A program made the translations under genes and the position numbers. Shown here piece by piece: positions 37,570 through 48,300 of a DNA stretch of 64,000 bases. Source of the DNA: a virus; the IMG/VR virus record IMGVR_UViG_3300005805_000055, positions 1 through 64,000 of that record, one strand, 5' to 3'. The notes under the pieces are model-generated. The model saw only the letters and a list, made by a program, of their open reading frames with translations, had not been told where the DNA came from and did no database searches. The number at the start of each line of letters is the position of its first letter. Positions within the stretch are counted from its first letter, which is position 1.

Positions 37570-39216
37570 TTACTTTTTCTTTGGTCGTGGATTGAGGAGT
37601 CTATTAATGAGTTTTCTTGACCCAGTATCTATTGCTCTCGCAAGGCGATCATCTGTTGTGGATGCGGCTTGGCCTTCTCCTGGTTTTCTCGTATTTGCAG
37701 AAATTGGTGAACCTTTTTCATATCCACCAACACGGAGAAATGCAGTTGACTCTGATGTTATTGACTTTTGCTTTGGTGAAACTGAAGTTTTTGCTCCATC
37801 TGACCGCTTCTCATCGTCAAAAAGAAATTTCTTTCCTGATGGATGTAGGTGCTCGATAAATTCATATGGATCGCTATCCTTCATTGTCCGCATATTATAC
37901 AATGCGAGCAACTCATCATAGAATCTATGAACCTCAAGCCGTGCCTTTTCTGGTATTGACTGCTTGTTTGCATATTCCTCAACCCAAGACTGCATTTCTT
38001 CTAATAGATCCTTGGTGGGTCCATCCAGCTTCTCACCCTTGGCTTCAGCCGCCCTTTGTGTTGCTAGAAATCTTTTTCTAAAAGGCATATTTGCTCCACC
38101 TGGAGTTACGCCAGTCAATTGGTAAAACCGCTGATCCTCCAGTGCCCTTGCGCGGCGAGCAACGGTTGCACGCTCTTCTGGTGTTAGCTTTGACCAAATT
38201 TTTCCATCTTCCGGTGATGCTCTATCTATGCCAGGATTACCGACATAATTTTTTCTTGTAGTTGACTTTGATCCACTTAGCTGTGCTGGCAGCGACCGCG
38301 CGCGACTTGTTCTATCAATATTTGCACTACGCGCACGTGATGGTGAAGTACCGAAGGATATTGATCCCGATGAACGCTGCGTCGTCTTGCCAACTTCCTT
38401 GGGTTTTGAGTCCCCGGACATTCCACGTCTACCCATAATAAAGGAGCGAGCAGCGCCAACCCGACCCTGCTGATTTGGCATTTGTGGCCTAGCTGGGCGC
38501 TGGAAGGGTGTTCCTTCTTGAATGAGCATGTCACCATCTGCATCGATTGCATTTGGGTCAAACCGTTGTGAAATCGACCTACTCATGCGTCTGAATGCAC
38601 CTTTTTCGCTTACTGCTGGCTGCAGAGGGTATTGCTTGCCGTCATATTTAGAAGTTTTCTGATTCAGTACAGAAATTGCATCATTTCTGACCAATCCTGG
38701 CTGGTAATTGCCGTACATGTGGTCGCTTTCCTCTTGCATACCCAATGATGGAGGGCCAACGATTGTTCCAGTAAGTGGGTTATAACTCAAACCCTTCATA
38801 CGGAACTGTGCAAGAATTGATGCACTTTCAGCATCTGAAGAAAACGCGCGTGCTTTGTAGTTAATCACAAGATCTCGCGAATCTGGAGATATTCCAACTA
38901 GTTGAGCTGACCTTATTTGTGGAAGAATGGATTTCGTACTTTCAATGTGCGATGCAAGCAACCTAACTACAGGTATTGATTTAGTAAGCTCACGAATATC
39001 GTCACCATTCAGTACCTCATGGATTTCGACATATGGTGGAAGCGTTGATTCAATATCTAATGATTTTGATGAATTTAGCCAGTTTGCCCACTCTATCCCC
39101 CTGGAAGAGAATCCATTTGCCACATAGGAGCCATCCCCTGCTTGATATACATTGGCAAATATTTCATTGGATTCAGTTAAGAATATGTCGAATTTATGTT
39201 TCATTTCATCCACCAA
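37570..39216 (-). CDS. Protein D (548 aa) with DxDGD motif and one GSKSTT site
   Basis: FDPNAIDADGDMLIQEGTPFQRP; LSGSKSTTRK. Confidence 0.8.
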   Translation of the reverse strand: MVDEMKHKFDIFLTESNEIFANVYQAGDGSYVANGFSSRGIEWANWLNSSKSLDIESTLPPYVEIHEVLNGDDIRELTKSIPVVRLLASHIESTKSILPQIRSAQLVGISPDSRDLVINYKARAFSSDAESASILAQFRMKGLSYNPLTGTIVGPPSLGMQEESDHMYGNYQPGLVRNDAISVLNQKTSKYDGKQYPLQPAVSEKGAFRRMSRSISQRFDPNAIDADGDMLIQEGTPFQRPARPQMPNQQGRVGAARSFIMGRRGMSGDSKPKEVGKTTQRSSGSISFGTSPSRARSANIDRTSRARSLPAQLSGSKSTTRKNYVGNPGIDRASPEDGKIWSKLTPEERATVARRARALEDQRFYQLTGVTPGGANMPFRKRFLATQRAAEAKGEKLDGPTKDLLEEMQSWVEEYANKQSIPEKARLEVHRFYDELLALYNMRTMKDSDPYEFIEHLHPSGKKFLFDDEKRSDGAKTSVSPKQKSITSESTAFLRVGGYEKGSPISANTRKPGEGQAASTTDDRLARAIDTGSRKLINRLLNPRPKKK

Positions 39217-41218
39217 GCAAATCTCTCATCCGGTCCATTGATTGATCAAGGATTTCTACTCGTTGCTTAAAGATCGTATTAACGATATTTAGGTGCTGTT
39301 TTTCTGCGCTAGTTAATGAACCATCAGAGGCCAGTCTTTCTCTGAAATTGACAAAATTGAAAGCCCTAGCTTTTTGTATTAGCTTTTCAATTTGGGCAAG
39401 AAATTGTCGACGTTGTGCTGCCTTTAGCTGCTTATAATAGTCACCATACATATTGGCACCAGACATAAATGAATCAAGTGTCTGCTTTGCATTTTTGCGC
39501 ACCTTAATTTCTGCAAGGGGCGTAAGCGATGACTCAAATGCATTGACAACAGGCTTATACTCATTGCCAACTGGAATTAGGTCAACTGTTCCTGGTGATC
39601 GATTTTCTACGCCGGTAACAAAGTCAGAAACAAATAGTGCTGCAGCATCCTTGGGCGATACATCATTGAATGACTTTTCTCGATTGGGATTAGTTCCTGG
39701 ATATACAATATCTGGAGTTTGGTAAACGTACCTGCGCTTATCACCTTCACCAACGGGGAAAACATCAGGTGATTCCAGACCGAGATTTTGTTGCATATCT
39801 GAAATAAATCGAGCATTAACAGCATCGAATTTGTTTATCGGCTCGCGTTCCCAGTAGGAATGATTCTCTGGTCCCATGAGTCTTGAAACACCACGACGTG
39901 ATTCAATACGCCTAAAGAGATTTACCTGACGCAACGCCTCCGCAAGTATATTTGCCGGAATACTAGAGAGCGAACCTCCGTTACTGATATGCTGTGCCGC
40001 CTCTGAAACTGAATTGATTTCTGATCCAATTCCAGCATTTGATGCCGATGCACGCTCTGGGGCCTTTGCTTTTGCCCTGCGCCCAAATATTTCCTTAACC
40101 CATTTTGGTGTTGACTTACCATTACGACCCATAACTATTTCGTTAGGGTTATCAATACCGACAAACTTTTCTGTGTACTTCATTCCATCGCCAGTCTCGG
40201 TTGCTACATTCATGAGTCTGGCAACTGGATTTGTAGAATTATCAATTGATGCTGAGGCATTGACGGTACGTCCTAGTTTTCGTCTTTCGCCAACAGTCAG
40301 GGGACGAACTTTTTCAAGAGTAAGAGATGATCCACCTGGGAGTACGTATACAAGTTTTGAGACTCCAGTATTTGAAAGAAGACCAAGCTCCTGGCCACCA
40401 AGAGATTCAACATCATTGGCGGTCATAATGAATGTTGCGTCTTCCATGTCTCTGTTGTCTGGGATAGTTCTAAGGACCCTGGGTGTAACGACTGGCTCCA
40501 AGACGAAACCATCTCGACGTACCATGCGCATGGCAGAAATATTTGGTCCACCCATATCTGTAACCAATTTGGCTACTTCCTTTGCCCTGGATACCCTATT
40601 TGTCTCCCCAACCCTCGGAATCTGTGGTCGACGTCCCTCTAGAATATCGTTATATTCACCAGCAGTGACTGGGCGCCCCTCAATGCCACCCGTCAGGGCC
40701 CTCATCTCTCGTTGCGCCAATCGACGAAGAGCACCTATTGCTGCACCCAAAGGTCCTGGCAGGTCAAACAATTTTGCACCACAGTTAGAGAATTCATTAT
40801 CAGCAAAACGTCCTCCATACTGGTATCCCTCAGGGCACCTGGCGGTACGTTCGCGCCTATTTATTCCGCCACCACCAAAACCTGGAATGCCTGGTGTGAG
40901 TGCTCCAAAAACAGTAGACCGTACCGGACTTCTAAGTGGGGAAATGTTGCCAGGAAGTGCATATGAGCCTATTGATTGAATAGCCTGACCGATTGGCGAG
41001 CTAGAGCCTAGTAGACCAACCCGTTTCACATTGTATTTCCCGCGAACATCATATTTATAGGCAAGCGCTTTGTACTCAGCTGCCTCCGGCGATGATGCCG
41101 TCGTGGAAAAAATAATACTAGAGCTACTGGGGCTGGGAATGTCTGCCGTCTTGCGACGAACAATTACAGTCATGTCTGGACAGCACTTGCTCACCTTTTC
41201 AACAATTTGTATTTTCAC
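39206..41218 (-). CDS. Putative virion protein (670 aa) with RCPxG motif and a degenerate HipA/PI3K-like C-terminus
   Basis: RCPEGYQYGGRFADNEFSNC; NLGLESPDV...SDFVTGVENRSPGT. The ORF is clear; the function is tentative. Confidence 0.6.
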   Translation of the reverse strand: MKIQIVEKVSKCCPDMTVIVRRKTADIPSPSSSSIIFSTTASSPEAAEYKALAYKYDVRGKYNVKRVGLLGSSSPIGQAIQSIGSYALPGNISPLRSPVRSTVFGALTPGIPGFGGGGINRRERTARCPEGYQYGGRFADNEFSNCGAKLFDLPGPLGAAIGALRRLAQREMRALTGGIEGRPVTAGEYNDILEGRRPQIPRVGETNRVSRAKEVAKLVTDMGGPNISAMRMVRRDGFVLEPVVTPRVLRTIPDNRDMEDATFIMTANDVESLGGQELGLLSNTGVSKLVYVLPGGSSLTLEKVRPLTVGERRKLGRTVNASASIDNSTNPVARLMNVATETGDGMKYTEKFVGIDNPNEIVMGRNGKSTPKWVKEIFGRRAKAKAPERASASNAGIGSEINSVSEAAQHISNGGSLSSIPANILAEALRQVNLFRRIESRRGVSRLMGPENHSYWEREPINKFDAVNARFISDMQQNLGLESPDVFPVGEGDKRRYVYQTPDIVYPGTNPNREKSFNDVSPKDAAALFVSDFVTGVENRSPGTVDLIPVGNEYKPVVNAFESSLTPLAEIKVRKNAKQTLDSFMSGANMYGDYYKQLKAAQRRQFLAQIEKLIQKARAFNFVNFRERLASDGSLTSAEKQHLNIVNTIFKQRVEILDQSMDRMRDLLGG

Positions 41219-41871
41219 TCGTCACACCCACAATCTTTATCGAGTGGTACAACTGACTTCATTGAATTACCAAAATGATCATCACCAACCATTTCCCAGT
41301 TATTATTATCCCTCAAAAATGTGACAAATTTTGGTTCCATTTCGCAGAAGTCTCGAAGAACAACAATTGCATGCTTTAGGTCATCAGTAGTTACTACGTA
41401 GTTCTCTGAATCGCTATACTGTTCCGCGCCTTTAGTATACCAAGTTTCATCAAAAAAGATATCCTCATTAATAGACTTCTTTTTGCCAAATCGTTGACTC
41501 ATCCTACGATTCCAGTCTTTATCTGACCATATTGAGCCATTGAAGATTTTCTTTATTTTTCTGCGGCAATTCTTCATCGTTGGATGATGGCATCCTTCAT
41601 TTGGCCAAAGGCCAGTTGTTTCATGATGGAGCCATGCGCAAATATTGTTGAGTGGGTATAGCTCGGGGTGATCTGCCAGAATTACACGACAACGTCGAAA
41701 ACCGCCTGGTTTACGCATGATTGGGCGCCAATAGCGTAGCAAGCGCTCAAGATTCCCGCGACGCGGACCGTATCCCCGGAGAATATCTCCAGTAATTGCC
41801 TCCTGGGGTAGGTCTAGAATTGCATCCTGTGGCGCCTTTATGCTCATGTCATCCATTGGTATTGTCTCCAT
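41215..41871 (-). CDS. Hypothetical head-module protein with Cys/His motif
   Basis: LLRYW...GGFRRC...CAWLHHETTGLWP. Confidence 0.65.
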   Translation of the reverse strand: METIPMDDMSIKAPQDAILDLPQEAITGDILRGYGPRRGNLERLLRYWRPIMRKPGGFRRCRVILADHPELYPLNNICAWLHHETTGLWPNEGCHHPTMKNCRRKIKKIFNGSIWSDKDWNRRMSQRFGKKKSINEDIFFDETWYTKGAEQYSDSENYVVTTDDLKHAIVVLRDFCEMEPKFVTFLRDNNNWEMVGDDHFGNSMKSVVPLDKDCGCDE

Positions 41872-42370
41872 TTTCTGCCCAGACGCTACGCCAGTCTACA
41901 CTATTTTTATTATGTAAGTTGTTTCCAGAAGTACGCACTGGTTTATAGATTTTACGATTTGCCGAAATACCACTCATGTATTCCATTTGACTAGAAGCAT
42001 TTAACGACTTAAATTCCATTGCCCGATTATCAAAATAATGTTTTGACTTAATCTTGGGACTAATCGTTGTTTCTATTTTAACATCCTTGAGGAGTTCTGA
42101 GTTAACTGGTTGGGTTTTGTAGATAAATGTGCGCATCCAGCGCTCCAAATCCTCGCCAGTTTTTCGTCCCCAGAGGAATTTATGAAAATCAGTATGCTTG
42201 TATTCACTCAGGAATGGTTCAGTCAGTATGTATGCGCCAAAATCTATTAGTTCAACATCTCCATCGGGAGAAATAATAGCGCCATCTTTATCGGAATTAG
42301 CAACATCGTCAAGTAAATAATATACCTTATTATCCCCATTTGTTGCTACAAGTATTCCACGTGGATTCAT
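41849..42370 (-). CDS. Hypothetical protein
   Basis: 173 aa, ATGA overlap with polyprotein E. Confidence 0.65.
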   Translation of the reverse strand: MNPRGILVATNGDNKVYYLLDDVANSDKDGAIISPDGDVELIDFGAYILTEPFLSEYKHTDFHKFLWGRKTGEDLERWMRTFIYKTQPVNSELLKDVKIETTISPKIKSKHYFDNRAMEFKSLNASSQMEYMSGISANRKIYKPVRTSGNNLHNKNSVDWRSVWAENGDNTNG

Positions 42371-45300
42371 TTTGTTTCCTTACCAGTGTCAATGCCAACA
42401 TTTGGAATTCCGATCATATTTTCAAAAAGGGCAGTGAATAGCCTCTCAACCTCGGCAGTGTCAATACTATCACTAGCAGCCTTCTTGCCAAATTTGAATA
42501 TTGCCAATAACTTACCCATGATTTTGTCAATATTTGCACTAGAATTATCTATGCCGAGCAGTTTGCCAATCTTGATTAGGTCCGACTTCTTCATTCCACC
42601 AAGTAATGGGATTTCGCCAGCCTTATTGGATGATTTTCCACTCAATGCTTCTATAATTTCGAAAGCACTGGCGATGTTCTCTGGATCAAACATTTTCTTA
42701 ACAACATCACCATAATTATCGAGTTGACGACTGCCGGGTAGATTTGTTTTTGAATAAATTCCAGTCAGTAGCGTTGCTAGTGTCGCTCCATATTTAGCCC
42801 TTTCGGCTGGCGACATATTTCTCAATACACTCTTCATTTGCTCCATTCTGGATACATATTCCTCTGGAACTATGGTTTGTAGTTTTCTCATTTCTTCAAC
42901 TGGATCACCTATCGATTCAGCAAAAACCGACAATGGACTAGTTCTCGACAAGCTGCCTCGGACAAATTCTGCGTCTGGTGACGAATCAAAATCATCCTCA
43001 GCGTTTGTGATGGGGGGTGTGGGGTCGTCGTCGGTCCCTGTTTCATATTGTCCTTGACGGAAAAATCTTTGTCTCGCGCCATCACTCATGGCCCAATATC
43101 GTGCATATTCGGTCTCAGTAATTCTCGTAATTGCCCTACCGGGAACATCCATAAAGATAGTAGTCATTTCACCATTATTTGAACCTGTCATGTGGTGAAG
43201 TCCACTATCAACACCGCCCTCATATTCTGGATATTCTGCCGGAATATCTTCTATGGCTAGGGCATCCATGCGGATGTCGTGGTCCCTAGAGAAGGCTCCA
43301 TATTCACCACCTGGAGTCATCTTCACTTCATATTCCTCTGAATTATTATGGCTTCTACCCACTTCGGCAAGGGCTTGACCTGAAATACGCCGAACCTCGG
43401 CGTCGTGTGCTCTTGATGCGTCGGCACGACGCTGTTTATATTCTGTAGTATCATCATTAAATATTGCTTGGCCATCCCTGAATAGTGTTCCGGCTTCTAT
43501 GGTATAGCCTCTGTCTATGAATTCCTGATCCAGTTCATCGATATACTCAGCAAACCCCGGTATTTCGACAACTTGACCAGATTTGAGAGGAATTTTCAAC
43601 CCCTCTCCTATTGGGGGAGAAAACCACGTATCTACAACTAGTAGATTCTCAAGAGCTCCAGGATTTGCGTCAAGCACATCGCGCAGAGGAACAATTATTG
43701 CATAGGTTTTTCCTGATGGCGTAGGCCTCGCGCCATGTCCGGAAACAACGGCATTCGTTGCAAAGTGAATAGTTGAGCGATCATAATGAGGATTAATCCC
43801 ACTCTGATCTTCGGATGGTTTGTCTTGTTCTAGGTGATTTTGCTCAAAGTCCCCAGTTGGTCGCAGTACAGTATTTCCATCTTCGTCAATTTCTGGTTCA
43901 TAACTCGTTTGATGGACAATGAAGATGTCATCAATACCCATGGGACGTCTTATCGGTAAACCGTTTTCGTCTTTGCCAACCCGTACCATAACATCAGGCT
44001 TTTGAGTCCAATCAATTGAACTAGGCTCACCGCCAATATTGCGAACAGTTTCTTGCCTGAATTTGGCCTGAGTTTCTGCCATAAGTTCGTCACCACGCTG
44101 TGCGAGTCTCTCAAGTTCACGCCTTGCCTCATCGTCACCACGAGACGCAGCATACAGAAGCGCTGGAACTAGTCCAGAATTACCTTCTGATGCACGCCCT
44201 TCTTTATCTGACAACCATTCATTATGTCCAATGACTGCTGAGAAAAAAAGTAATGCCATTTCTTTGCCTTCTGGAGACAGAGGGTCAAGACCTGTTATTG
44301 CATATGGATCAACTGGGATTACCTCAACATCATCATCAAAATTTAACTCGGTTCTTCCCCATGTTCGTGGGCCAAACATAATTTTTTTACCATTTATTTC
44401 ATAAACTGGCCTATGGAGTTGCCTTGTGCCGAAACTCTCATCTGGGTATCCGAAGCCGGGAAGGGTTGGGTTGTCGTTTGGTCGGCCGAATACTGGTGTT
44501 TTTGTATATGCGACTGGCTTACTACTTACCGAACCAATACGTGTCGTTGATTTTGAACCAACTACCGCTGAATCTGTAGCAAATGGATCAAATGGCATTT
44601 CAAACGGGTCATTTGCCGCCCCAGTGAACGGATCACTGACAGGCATAGTGAATGGGTCGTCCGGCATAGTTGCGAATGGGTCGTCTGATGACGCTGATTC
44701 AACTAAATCGGTGTCCCTAGTAGTTGAATCCCTGCCAGCACGACGACGTTGCAGCCTCTCGCGCACTGAGCCACCAACCTCACGCGCGCGTTGTGCTACG
44801 CCCTGTATGCGCTCATTGTCTTCAATGAACTCGCGTGCTGCAGTGGCAACTTCACGTGCCCTTTCTCTTGTCTCGTCGCTGGTAGCAAGTTTTGCGCCTT
44901 TTTCGATGGCTTCAGTAAGTCTTTCAGGCAATCCTTCTGGCGCAACTCTGTCAAGTAGCTGTTGCTCAACTCGCCTAGCTTGATCCGGAGATAGCCAGCC
45001 ACGATCAAGAGCTTCACGCAAGCCAAGATCAGCAATATCCCGTCCAGCTCTACGTGCAAATACTGTAGCAAGTCCAGCTGGGCCTCCCGCCGCAAAAGCT
45101 GCAGCTAGCTCACCAACAAACTGTGTAGCTTCGGCATTTTCCTCAGAAAGACCTGCTCGCTCGAGAAGTTTCTGAACCCTATTGGATCCTATGACTCTGG
45201 AAACTGTTCCAGCTCTTCTTCTTGCTTTGCTTGCTGAATCACCACCAGGGCCACGTGTTGTTGACTTGCTGCCCATTATGAGTGACTCATTCACCGAAGC

Positions 45301-48300
45301 TCTTGGTGTGGCGCGCTTCTTCCGCGATCCTGGCGATGCTAATGCTTCTTTGATTTTGGAAACATTTTGTGCAATTTCTACTGCTGCACGATACGCAAGT
45401 GCATCGTCAGCAGAAGACGCTGATGGTGCTCCAGGAAAATTACTGAAGCCATTTTCATCCATAATGTTTATGCCATCTTCACGAGTGAAGACGAGAGATG
45501 TGGATTTCCCATGTTTATTTTCGAAATCACGACGTAGCTGTGCGGCACCCCTGCGCTGCCTAATTATTTCGGCACTAGGAACGATGTCGGACAAACGACC
45601 ATCATCGACCATCTCGACTATCGCGCTTTGTTCATCGACTGAAAAACCATTTTCATTAAGTGCCGATTTCACATTTTGATTTGAGTCAAGAACTGATTTA
45701 AATGAGTAGCTTTCATCAGCGTTTACTAGCTTGGCAGGTACACGTATTTGCTCAATTTCAGTGAAGTCAATACCACCAGGGATAAGTGTTTCAAAATTAT
45801 CACGTGACTCAGATTTACTTGATGGCTTGAGTAGGTCTGATACAACATTTCTCTGAGTTGAAGCAATTGCCCTGGTTATGAATTCATTACGTTGTTCACG
45901 CGTTGATGTAGTAAAGTCAAACATGGCAAGCGTTATGTCATCCCTATCTTGTGACAAAATAGGGGACATCGAATCTCTGTTTTTAATTGCTGCACCCCGT
46001 GAATACGATGAGCGTTGAGAAACTTCTGGTAGAGCAACTATTTCAATTTTTTCACGACCCCCAACTACGCGCGATGCATATTGATTGGTGCCAATAAATC
46101 CATTTCGGGTACGCTCTGCTATTTCTGCATCAAGAATTGCTTGTTCTGACCTATGGACCAGTCGCCCACTAATTGTTCTTTCGCTTGGATCAATGTCTGG
46201 AGAGAAACCGACAGATGTCTCAAAAGCTTCTCGCACCTGAGAAGCACTAGAATTTGGTTTAATTTCTGATGGCGTACGAATACGACCGTTTTCCATTAGG
46301 TCGCGTAGGCCACTGTCGTCCATATCCACACGAATGCGTTCATCGAAGCTATTGTGAAGATTCAATAGTGCATTAGACACCATGTCAGTTATCTCTTCCG
46401 GAGTCGACGATGCAATGAGATCTTGTATTTGCTGAGTCATATAATCCGGGAGTGGCTCGCGCATATCTGTGTCGCGAGCATCAATTAGTTGCTTTATCTC
46501 CATGACAGACTCAAGCATTGAATCCGTATTGAGTCTCTTTACCTGAGAGCGTGATGCTGGCGGGAAAAGCGTGCTAACTGACTCTGGGTCCTCAATTGAT
46601 GCCTGGTTTATGTTTTCGACAAAATCATTATCTACATCAAATGGACGACTTGATGATTCAGAATATGACTTAGATAGCTCAACATTGCGAGAACGTCCAC
46701 GTTTGGCTGCTCCGATCTCACCGCTTACACCTCTTGTTGTTGACTTTGATCCAATGGGACCATTAAATTCCGAAATTTCCTGATTTGATTTTGCTATTTC
46801 AGCATTTAGAGTTTCGCGGATACGCCTTGCTTCATCGGCATCCCCGCCGGTTAGTGTCTGAGTTGCTTCATCTAGATCGTCAACCATTCTTGAAAGCGTG
46901 TCGACCGATGTTTCTTGACGATGTGGAATTATTGTTATCGTTCCATCTTCATCAATATCTGTGATAACAAACTCTCCAGGTGGAAGTATTAGGTCTGAAG
47001 TTTCGCCATCTGTGTAATTTTTTTCAGTTAAACCACGGCTTCCAGACGGAGCAATAACCCTGATGCGTCGTGTTGCCGTCAACTCACTGGATCCCATCAC
47101 CTCTGAGTCGGCATGGGAAATCATTCGCCCGCGTATCATTTCGGTTGAATCTATTATTTCGCCTTGTCCAAGACCATCGAAGACTTCGCTCTCTGGTACA
47201 CCAAATGTCGCCTCAACGTCTTGGTCAAGCATTGACTTGTCTAATGCGCGGAGTGTTGGTGCGATAGATCTAGTAATTTCACTATCAAGTAATGGTGATT
47301 CAACATCTGGACTCGCTTCAGCTAGTGTTTCACCGCTAATTTCAGCATCACGACGTGCCTTTGCTGACGCTTTAACTGCATCAGACATAGCTTCTGGACC
47401 ATCCATTGCTCTTGCTGACTGACGCTCATTTATTGCTACTGCACCAGAAATTGCCTTACTCTCATCCTCTTTTAGTTTTGCATCAGTAGCCTCTCTCGTT
47501 CTCTTCCCGTATGAAGATGGATCGGTAGCTGCATTAGGGCGTACTTTTCTTGCCTTTCCATCAACTGTCTTGTCAGCAGGGGTGTCGGTTACAACGTGTG
47601 ACTCAGCCTCTATTGCTCTTCCCGGCTGATATTCATTCCCAGATACTGACCATCCATCCTTGCCAGTGGTCGAACGTCCAGCATGCTTGGCAATGGTGCG
47701 CTGATAATGGATTAGTTCATCCTCATCAACTTCAACAACGTCACCTTCTCTTTGTGTGCGTGCTTTTTCTAAAGAACGCCTGCGCATTGATGTTGCAGTT
47801 TTTGATGACAAAACACTACTTGTACCTTCCTGCTTGGATAGATACTTTCCTGGCCGCTGATCCGGCTGTCTCTTTGAAGCGGCAACAGCTGCTCGCCGTT
47901 CATCGGTATACTGAGCGCGTTCCTGATTCTCACGAATGACTTGTCGCATGGCCTTCATACCTAGCCATATTTTTGCCTGCTCATCTTTTGTAAGCTGCCT
48001 ACTTCTAGACTGCTCAATAAGATCATCAACTTGTGTTTTTATCTTTTCAAATCTGGCATCAAGTTGATCAGGCGTCATTGACTTATATGCCTGTGTTGAA
48101 CCAAATGGATCAGCAACTGAATCACCGGCTCCACCAACGGACGTATCATCAGCAGTAAGCCCAAATACCTCATCTATGAATGTTTTTTGCTGGCTTCGGT
48201 CATTTCCTGGTCGGAGCCCCTTGGCCGTTGGTGCAACCTTCCACTCGGTTGCTCCGTCCTCAGCAATGTAGCCATTTATTCTGCGCCACAAATCCCTGGA

